From: Candidatus Krumholzibacteriia bacterium
Lineage (GTDB): Bacteria > Krumholzibacteriota > Krumholzibacteriia > LZORAL124-64-63
Assembly: GCA_036351155.1 (NCBI GenBank)
Contig: JAZBOO010000200.1
Coordinates: 1 to 14,921 of the forward strand
Reading direction: 5' to 3'
Length of the DNA stretch: 14,921 nucleotides
This document shows, in pieces, positions 8,659 through 14,921 of the stretch (positions are counted from its first letter, which is position 1; each line of letters starts with the position of its first letter). A model generated the notes under the pieces. The model searched no databases and had not been told where the DNA came from. It saw only the letters and a program-made list of their open reading frames with translations. The position numbers and the translations under genes were made by a program.

Positions 8659-9476
8659 GATTCCTTTTCGGATAGGCCCCCGCGGGTCGCCTGCTTGCGA
8701 GGCGGCCACGGAATGAAGGGGCTGGTTGTTTTTTGATAATCGCGATAGTCGTCACCCCGGGACAGCAGGGCCTGGGCTTCTGTGGGGGGGATCCCCGTGA
8801 CGAAAACGATGGAATAGAGAATGAGCGCCGGAGCCACCAGTCCAGCCCAGCCCCATGGCCCGGCCAGTCCCAGCACACCGAATCCACACCAGAGCATCCA
8901 CTCGAAGAAGTAGTTCGGATGCCGCGAGTAGCGCCACAGACCTTCGCGGCAGGTGCGGCCCTTGCTGTCGGCGCGGCGCTTGAAGTTTTCCAGCTGACGG
9001 TCGGCCACCGATTCGCCGATCACCCCCATGACCACCAGGACCAGTCCCACCAGATCGCTTGTCGCCGGGAACGGGCGTGTCGACACGGCACCCAGCGCAA
9101 AGGGCACCGACAGGACCAGCGCCGCCAGAGCCTGGGCCTGGAAGAATATGAAAAACGCCCGGTCGGCATGCGGCGACCAGTTGCGGCGCAGCGTCACGTA
9201 GCGGCCTTCCTCAGGCTGGCCCCAGATGCGGTCGCGCCACAGGTACAGGGCCAGACGCCCTCCCCAGATGGCGCCCAGCAGGCCCAGGACCAGACGGCGA
9301 GCCTCGTCCCCGCCGGCCAGCAGAGCATACAGCCCGGCCAGCCCCCCGGTGATCGCAGCCCAGCCCAGGTCGACGATCCCGGCGTTGCGGGTGCGTCGCT
9401 GAACCAGCCAGAGACCGAACATCACCGCAAATCCCACGGCCCAGCCGGTGCCCAGGAGCTTGAAGACCTCGTTCAT
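8655..9476 (-). CDS. DUF1295 / steroid 5-alpha-reductase-like membrane protein
   Basis: NAGIVDLGW, EEGRY..LR, F..QA, GESVADRQL..F, GLWRYSRHPNYFFEW, TGIPPTE, YQKTTSPFIPW; several TM helices. Confidence 0.9.
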   Translation of the reverse strand: MNEVFKLLGTGWAVGFAVMFGLWLVQRRTRNAGIVDLGWAAITGGLAGLYALLAGGDEARRLVLGLLGAIWGGRLALYLWRDRIWGQPEEGRYVTLRRNWSPHADRAFFIFFQAQALAALVLSVPFALGAVSTRPFPATSDLVGLVLVVMGVIGESVADRQLENFKRRADSKGRTCREGLWRYSRHPNYFFEWMLWCGFGVLGLAGPWGWAGLVAPALILYSIVFVTGIPPTEAQALLSRGDDYRDYQKTTSPFIPWPPRKQATRGGLSEKES

Positions 9477-10780
9477 GAGGCTTCTCCTTCCTGGCGGCGC
9501 AGCGGCTGATCCATGGCCGGCGCATACCCGGCCGACCCCAGATTCAGCAGAGGCAGTTCACGACACTCGGACTTGGCCAGCACCAGTTGCGCAGCACCGA
9601 TCCGGCGTTCGCGGAATCCGCCCTCGCAGTAGGCGAAGTAGAATTCCCAGCAGCGCAGAAATTCCTCTGTGCGGCCTTGCTCCTGCATGACAGTCCAGGC
9701 GTCGGTCAGGTTTTCTCGCCACAGTTCCAGGGTGCGGGCGTAGTGCAGGCCCATCTCTTCGAGGTGCACCAGCTGGAAATCCGTGGCCCGGGCCACCGTG
9801 TTGTTCATGACCTGGACCGAGGGCAGCACACCCCCGGGGAAGATGTACCGCTTGATGAAATCGACGTGCCGGGCATCATGCCGGAAGTGCCGATCGTCCA
9901 CCGTGATGGCCTGCAGGACCATGGCCCCCTCGGGCTTCAACAGCTCGGCGCATTTCCGGAAATAGGCCGGGTAATACTTGACCCCCACCGCCTCGATCAT
10001 CTCCAGCGACACCAGCTTGTCGTACTGGCCGGTCAGATCGCGGTAATCCTTCTGGATCACCTTGATACGATCGCCCAGTCCCAGCCGGCGGATCTTCTCG
10101 TCGGCATAACGTGCCTGCTCGGCACTGATGGTGGTGGTGGTCACGCGGCACCCGTACCGGGTGGCAGCATGAATGGCCATGCTTCCCCACCCCGTGCCAA
10201 TTTCCAGCAGATGATCACCAGGCCCCAGCCCCAGCTTGCGGCACACCCGGTCCAGCTTCTCGGTCTGGGCCGGTGCCAGGTCCTGCCCCGGGTGGGCGAA
10301 GAAAGCGCACGAGTAGGTCAGGCCGGGATCCAGGAACTGCGCAAAGTAGTCTTCCCCCAGATCATAGTGATACGAGATGTTCCGGCGCGCACCTCTGCGG
10401 GTATTGCGCTGCAGCCAGAACGAGAAACGATGCCACAGGCCGGTCAAGCCCTGCGTGGGGGCGGTCCAGCGCCGCAAAACTTTCTCGTTCCGGGCAAAGA
10501 TGCGGATCAGGTTCACCAGCTGATCACAGTCCCACATCCCCTGCATGTAGCTGCGGCCCACGCCGGCACTCTGACCGGTGACTGCCGCACAGTAGAAGGC
10601 GCCATCCCAGATGGCCACGTTCACCTCGAGGGCGTCAGGCGAGTCGAAGCTGCCCAGCTGGTGCCCACCGTCCGCATCGCGGAACGAGATCACGCCGCCG
10701 CCGAGGTCGGCCAGAATCTTGAAAAATATTTGCCGACACATCCGTTGCCGACGACTCAATGGTTGATAAGGTCGGTTCAT
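9473..10780 (-). CDS. cfa: Cyclopropane-fatty-acyl-phospholipid synthase family methylase (UfaM-like)
   Basis: NISYHYDLG, TYSCAFF, LEIGTGWG, TTISAEQ, DYRDL, SLEMIEAVG, FIKRYIFPGG, YCEGGF; position directly after DUF1365. Confidence 0.92.
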   Translation of the reverse strand: MNRPYQPLSRRQRMCRQIFFKILADLGGGVISFRDADGGHQLGSFDSPDALEVNVAIWDGAFYCAAVTGQSAGVGRSYMQGMWDCDQLVNLIRIFARNEKVLRRWTAPTQGLTGLWHRFSFWLQRNTRRGARRNISYHYDLGEDYFAQFLDPGLTYSCAFFAHPGQDLAPAQTEKLDRVCRKLGLGPGDHLLEIGTGWGSMAIHAATRYGCRVTTTTISAEQARYADEKIRRLGLGDRIKVIQKDYRDLTGQYDKLVSLEMIEAVGVKYYPAYFRKCAELLKPEGAMVLQAITVDDRHFRHDARHVDFIKRYIFPGGVLPSVQVMNNTVARATDFQLVHLEEMGLHYARTLELWRENLTDAWTVMQEQGRTEEFLRCWEFYFAYCEGGFRERRIGAAQLVLAKSECRELPLLNLGSAGYAPAMDQPLRRQEGEAS

Positions 10781-11550
10781 GATGTCCTCTCACTTGCCTT
10801 CCCCGGATGGGGAACGTAAGGCACTCTCTTGGCCCACAACTTCAGGGCCTGCCAGTAAATTCCATTGATCACTTTCATGCTTTGCCAGGGATAAGCCCAC
10901 AGCAAGCGGCCCAGTCCCGCGCGGGTCCAGGGTTGCCGGGTCAGAGCCAGAGACGCCTGGAAAATCTGCCCCTCGCTGTCATGGTTCTGGATCACCACCA
11001 GCAGGTTTTCCTCGGGCGGACGCAGGGTCCAGCGGTACTCCATGTCCATCTCCATGAAGGGCGATACGTGGAACACCTTCTGCGAGGTGGGCCGCCAGCC
11101 GCCCTGGTCGTCCGGGGCGCCAAAGGGGCCCAGCACATAGGGGTGCTTCTCGCGCCAGGGGGTGTTCATGACATCGGCCACCACCCACTCCAGGTTCTGG
11201 CCCGTGTCATCGAACACGTAGTAGAAACTGACCGGGTTGAAGCACACACCCCAGTAGCGGGGATGGGTCAGCAGCCGCACCGGGCCGGTGGGCATGACCC
11301 CGGAGGTGCTATGCACCTTGTCGCGGATGGCCTGAGCCAGAGGGCTTGTGCCCTGGTCGAAGTAGTCCTGACGCCGGAACCAGCCGGGGGCGAAACCCTT
11401 GGCGGACCACAGGGGATGCTCGTCCATCAGGGCCGGCAACTCGTCCAGGTCCAGGTACAGGTACCCCATCCGGTAGCGAAAGCTGTGCTTCCGAGGCCGG
11501 TGTCGCTGGTGCGTGACCATACCCTCGTAGATGGCGCTGTTCCAGCCCAT
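10777..11550 (-). CDS. DUF1365 family protein (UfaO-like, furan ring-forming step in Rhodobacter)
   Basis: H.R..P.KHSFRY, FNPVSFYY, NTPWREKH, KVFHVSPF, IYWQALKLW.K motifs. ATG 11550 overlaps the upstream TGA (TGATG) with GGAGGAG RBS; GTG 11553 is an alternative. Confidence 0.92.
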   Translation of the reverse strand: MGWNSAIYEGMVTHQRHRPRKHSFRYRMGYLYLDLDELPALMDEHPLWSAKGFAPGWFRRQDYFDQGTSPLAQAIRDKVHSTSGVMPTGPVRLLTHPRYWGVCFNPVSFYYVFDDTGQNLEWVVADVMNTPWREKHPYVLGPFGAPDDQGGWRPTSQKVFHVSPFMEMDMEYRWTLRPPEENLLVVIQNHDSEGQIFQASLALTRQPWTRAGLGRLLWAYPWQSMKVINGIYWQALKLWAKRVPYVPHPGKASERTS

Positions 11551-12806
11551 CACAGCTCCTCCCCGAAATGTCGCGCCACCCGCAAGGCGCTTTGCACCCC
11601 GTCCTCGTGAAAACCATAGCCCCAGTAAGCTCCACAGAAGAAAGTGCGGTTGGGACCGTTCAGTTCATCGTGCCGGGCCTGCTGCGCCATTCCCATGAGG
11701 TCGTATTGAGGGTGGGCATAGTTGTAGCGGCCCAGGATGCGTTCCTGGTCCAGCGACGCCGTACGATTCAGCGTGACAAGATAGCGTTCGGAGGCGGGCA
11801 AGTTCTGCAGCCGGTTCATGTCGTAGGTCAAGGCCGCGGGCTCATGTGCATCGGGCTGCCGGTGATAGTTCCAGCTGGCCCAGGCCGCCTTGCTGCGGGG
11901 CATGATGGCGGTGTCCGTGTGCAGGGCCACGTCGTTGGCCGCGTAGGGAAAAGCTCCGACGATCTCTCGCTCCTGCGCCGTCGGTTCTTCCAGCATGGCC
12001 AGAGCCTGATCGGAATGGCAGGCCAGGATCACCTGGTCAAAGGTTTCGAACTGGGTGCGGGGCGTCTTGATTTCCACGTGGTCGGCGTGACGCCGAATAC
12101 AGGTCACCGGACTGTTCAGGCGGATGCTCTCCTGGTAGGGCGCGGTGATCTTTTCCACGTACTGGATGGAGCCGCCACTGATGGTGCGCCACACCGGACG
12201 ATCCTTCAGGGACAGCAGACCGTGATTCTGGAAGAATCGCAGAAAAGCGCGGGCCGGAAAGGCCCCCATCTGCTCGCGACTGCCCGACCAGATGGACTCG
12301 GCCATGGGAAACAGGTGATCGTCCTGGAAGTCCTTGCTGTATCCGTGGCGCTTCAGATAGGTCTGAAGGTCCAGATCGAGATCCGCCTCCGACGCCTCCA
12401 GCAACTGGGTGCCTTCCTTGTAGAAGCGCAGGACTTCCCGGATCATCCGCCAGAAACCTGGCCGCACCAGGTTGCGCCGCTGGGCCAGCAGCTTGCTCAG
12501 CTCGGGCACCCCGTATTCCAGGCCGGAGGCATCGTTGCGAAAACTGAAGCTCATGTCGCTGGCCTGGGTGGTCACGCCCAGCTGGTCGATCAGCCGGCAA
12601 AAGCCGGGATAGGTCCGGGTGTTGTAGACGATGAACCCGGTGTCCACACCCATCACCCCCTGCGGATCTTGCACATCCACCGTGTGCGCATGACCCCCGA
12701 TATAATCGTTGGCCTCGAAGACCGTGATGTCATGCCGGCGAGAAAGCAGGTAGGCCGCCGTCATGCCGGCGATACCTGTCCCCACAATGGCGATACGTCC
12801 AGACAT
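11550..12806 (-). CDS. FAD-dependent oxidoreductase, COG2907 type (UfaD-like fatty acyl desaturase)
   Basis: IAIVGTGIAG, FEA..YIGGHAHT, VDTGFIVYN..TYP, AWASWNY, Y.HP, GAYWGYGFHEDG motifs; GAGGAG RBS. Confidence 0.92.
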   Translation of the reverse strand: MSGRIAIVGTGIAGMTAAYLLSRRHDITVFEANDYIGGHAHTVDVQDPQGVMGVDTGFIVYNTRTYPGFCRLIDQLGVTTQASDMSFSFRNDASGLEYGVPELSKLLAQRRNLVRPGFWRMIREVLRFYKEGTQLLEASEADLDLDLQTYLKRHGYSKDFQDDHLFPMAESIWSGSREQMGAFPARAFLRFFQNHGLLSLKDRPVWRTISGGSIQYVEKITAPYQESIRLNSPVTCIRRHADHVEIKTPRTQFETFDQVILACHSDQALAMLEEPTAQEREIVGAFPYAANDVALHTDTAIMPRSKAAWASWNYHRQPDAHEPAALTYDMNRLQNLPASERYLVTLNRTASLDQERILGRYNYAHPQYDLMGMAQQARHDELNGPNRTFFCGAYWGYGFHEDGVQSALRVARHFGEEL

Positions 12807-12845
12807 AGCCTCTCCTCAATGTCTTGATACCATCATTTCATTATC

Positions 12846-12867
12846 CTGCCAGGGTTTTACCTGGCGG
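12846..12867 (-). promoter_or_regulatory. Stem-loop in the predicted leader of the fatty-acid modification operon
   Basis: GCCAGG (12848-12853) / CCTGGC (12860-12865) perfect inverted repeat with 6-nt loop, about 40 nt upstream of the start codon. Confidence 0.35.
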
Positions 12868-12921
12868 TGTGGGACATAGTATACAACATTTTTATACAAA
12901 CGCTTGACAAAATTTTAAATG
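12867..12921. promoter_or_regulatory. Candidate CarH/LitR-type operator: 11-bp-phased nnnnTnnACAn direct repeats over the -35 box
   Basis: ttttTATACAa (12889-12899), acgcTTGACAa (12900-12910), degenerate aattTTAAATg (12911-12921), in-phase gtgtGGGACAt (12867-12877), extra TATACAA at 12880-12886. Confidence 0.55.
12891..12919 (-). promoter_or_regulatory. Candidate overlapping divergent promoter for the fatty-acid modification operon
   Basis: Minus strand TTTAAA (12919-12914) - 17 bp - TATAAA (12896-12891); another -10-like TATACT at 12883-12878. Confidence 0.35.
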
Positions 12922-12933
12922 TATAGATAATGT
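12904..12933 (+). promoter_or_regulatory. Sigma70-type promoter for the DUF4397 gene
   Basis: Perfect TTGACA at 12904-12909; GATAAT at 12926-12931 (16-bp spacer) or TAATGT at 12928-12933 (18-bp spacer); AT-rich island in GC-rich DNA. Confidence 0.65.
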
Positions 12934-12991
12934 ATCGAAATGTGGCGGGGGAACCGGCCATCTCACCAACCATAAATCTGGAGACAATGCC

Positions 12992-14764
12992 ATGAAATCT
13001 TTGACGATCATCCTGATAAATCTGGCCCTGGTGGCCTTTCCGGCTCTCGCCCTGGCGGGCGCCGAACTGCAAGTGATCCACAACTCCGCCGATCCGGCTG
13101 CGGCCGAGGTGGATGTCTATATCAATGGGGACCTGGCGCTGGACGACTTCGCCTTCCGCACCGCCACTCCTTTTCTGGACGTGCCCTCGGGTGTGGAACT
13201 CAACATCGGTGTGGCCCCTGGCAACAGTACCGGGCCCATCGACATCCTGGCCTCGTTCCCGGTGACCCTGGACAACGGTGGCCGTTACCTGGCCGTGGCC
13301 AACGGCGTGCTTGATTCCGGCGCGTTCGCCGAGAACCCCGATGGCCGCAGCACCGGCTTCACCCTTTTCCTGCAGGATCACATGGCCAGTGGCGCCTGGT
13401 GGGGAACCGTCAAGCTGCGGGCCGTGCACGGGGCCAGTGATGCGCCGGCTGTGGATATCCGCACCCGCATCCCCGCCTACGACTACAACAGCCTGCTCTA
13501 CGGCAACGTGGCCTATGGTGATATCGGACGCACCCGTCTGGTGTTCGCCCGGGACCGGATCATCGACGTGACCCTGCCCGGCCAGCCCGGAACCGTGGTC
13601 GCCTCCTACAACGCTCCCCTGGAAAGCCTGGCCCGTCAGGCCTTCGTGGTATTTGCCAGTGGCTTCCTCGATCCCGAGGCCAATCAGGGTGGTGAGGGCT
13701 TCGGCTTGTTCGTGGCCCTGAGCGATGGCACCGTGGTGGCCCTGCCGGCCGCCGGTGAGCCCACCGCGCGTCTGCAGGTCATCCACAATGCTGCCGATCC
13801 CGCCGCGTCCGAGGTGGACATCTACGTCAACGGCGACCTGCTGCTGAACGACTTCGCCTTCCGCGATGCCACGCCTTTCATTGACGTGCCGGCCGGCGTG
13901 CAGCTGAACGTGGGCGTGGCTCCCGGCAACAGCGAGTCGGCCGAGGACGCCCTGGCTGTCTTCCCCCTGACCCTGGACACCGACGGCACCTACGTGGCCA
14001 TGGCCACCGGCGTGCTGGACCCCACCGCCTTTGCCGAGAACCCGGCGGGCAACAGCATCGGCTTCACCGTGCAGCCTCTGGCCGACGCCCGTGAGATGGG
14101 ATACTGGGGACGCGCCGCCGTGGTGGCCTTCCACGGCGCGACCGATGCCCCGAACGTGGACATCCGCCGCACCACACGCTGGGGACGCAGCCTGAAGATC
14201 TTCGGTGATCTGGGTTACGGAGACTTCTCCAGCTACCGGTTCCTGCGGGCCCGCAGCTACACTCTGCAGGTCACCCCCGCGGGCGATCCCGGCACCGTCG
14301 TGGCGGCCTACCAGGCTGACCTCAGTGGCCTTGGTAACGGCGCGGCCGTGGTGTTCGCCAGCGGATTCCTGAGCCCCGCCGACAACAACAACGGCGCGGC
14401 TTTCGGCCTGTTCGCCGCTCTGCCCGACGGCACGGTGCTGACCCTGCCTGCGGCGGGTGGATCTGATTTGCTGGCCGAGGAGAAGTCGGACGTGGTCGCC
14501 TTCAAGGCCGCCCTGGACCAGAACTATCCCAACCCCTTCAACCCCATGACCACCATCTCCTTCTCCCTTCCGAAGGATGGGCGCGTGAGCTTGAAGGTCT
14601 ATGACATTCGCGGCCGGATGGTGCGCAACCTGGTGGAGGAAACCCGGGGCGCCGGGCGCCACGAGGTGACCTTCGACGGCACCGGGCTGGCCAGCGGCAT
14701 GTACATGTACCAGGTGACGAGCGGGGACTTCACCCAGACTCGTCGCATGACCCTGGTGAAATAG
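12992..14764 (+). CDS. Secreted DUF4397-like repeat protein with C-terminal T9SS type-A/FlgD Ig-like sorting domain
   Basis: Signal peptide ending ALA; repeated 'LQVIHNxADPAAxEVDxYxNG' and 'xxxxHGAxDAPxVDI' DUF4397-like domain starts; C-terminal LDQNYPNPFNPMTTISFSL..V.LKVYDIRGR.VR.LV..G.H.V.FDG..LASG.Y.Y......T.RMTLVK; GGAGA RBS. Confidence 0.88.
   Translation: MKSLTIILINLALVAFPALALAGAELQVIHNSADPAAAEVDVYINGDLALDDFAFRTATPFLDVPSGVELNIGVAPGNSTGPIDILASFPVTLDNGGRYLAVANGVLDSGAFAENPDGRSTGFTLFLQDHMASGAWWGTVKLRAVHGASDAPAVDIRTRIPAYDYNSLLYGNVAYGDIGRTRLVFARDRIIDVTLPGQPGTVVASYNAPLESLARQAFVVFASGFLDPEANQGGEGFGLFVALSDGTVVALPAAGEPTARLQVIHNAADPAASEVDIYVNGDLLLNDFAFRDATPFIDVPAGVQLNVGVAPGNSESAEDALAVFPLTLDTDGTYVAMATGVLDPTAFAENPAGNSIGFTVQPLADAREMGYWGRAAVVAFHGATDAPNVDIRRTTRWGRSLKIFGDLGYGDFSSYRFLRARSYTLQVTPAGDPGTVVAAYQADLSGLGNGAAVVFASGFLSPADNNNGAAFGLFAALPDGTVLTLPAAGGSDLLAEEKSDVVAFKAALDQNYPNPFNPMTTISFSLPKDGRVSLKVYDIRGRMVRNLVEETRGAGRHEVTFDGTGLASGMYMYQVTSGDFTQTRRMTLVK
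13067..14458 (+). repeat. Intragenic tandem duplication of a roughly 235-aa two-domain unit
   Basis: Unit 1 begins ctgcaagtgatccacaac at 13067 and unit 2 ctgcaggtcatccacaat at 13772 (705-nt offset); both end in GLFxALxDGTVxxLPAAG. Confidence 0.9.
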
Positions 14765-14801
14765 CGAAAGTCTTTCAGTCCATTATGGGACTTGTTATTC
14801 T

Positions 14802-14832
14802 GGCCTCGGGCTATGCCTGGGGCCTTTTCTTT
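14802..14832 (+). terminator. Rho-independent terminator
   Basis: GGCCTCGGGC-TAT-GCCTGGGGCC stem (two G-U pairs) followed by TTTTCTTT, 37 nt after the stop codon. Confidence 0.8.
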
Positions 14833-14921
14833 GTTTCGGTGGTAAAATCTCCGAGAGTCAGGCACGAGGTTTTCGGGCCACCCCATCGTGGGAATACCTC
14901 GACAAGATTCCCTTACAAATG

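Noticed and set aside
7648..12827. Chain of long plus-strand ORFs mirroring the lipid operon
   Set aside because: Antisense shadows of well-supported genes, with no family motifs.
12857..14662. 601-aa minus-strand ORF
   Set aside because: Antisense shadow of the DUF4397 gene; its repeats only mirror the sense-strand duplication.

Overview
GC-rich bacterial window. The YPNPFNPxTTIxF C-terminal sorting domain and the secreted beta-helix/beta-propeller proteins suggest the FCB superphylum, e.g. Krumholzibacteriota/Latescibacterota-like (inference). Left to right: the truncated start of a secreted right-handed beta-helix protein (minus strand, absent from the ORF track) and an AT-richer intergenic region; a long-chain acyl-CoA ligase; a secreted 6-bladed beta-propeller; a YbjT-like SDR+DUF2867 protein divergent from CIA30 + MFS; a translationally coupled five-gene minus-strand fatty-acid modification operon of the furan-fatty-acid (ufa)/DUF1365 type (FAD oxidoreductase, DUF1365, Cfa-like methylase, DUF1295, second methylase); and a divergent, internally duplicated DUF4397-like protein with a T9SS/FlgD-type tail, followed by a terminator. 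The most notable unannotated signal is an AT-rich 11-bp-phased TnnACA repeat over a perfect TTGACA -35 box in the divergent promoter, resembling a CarH/LitR (B12 photoreceptor) operator. This suggests a light/photo-oxidative-stress module coupling membrane lipid modification to a secreted surface protein. No regulator gene is in the window, so this is a hypothesis.
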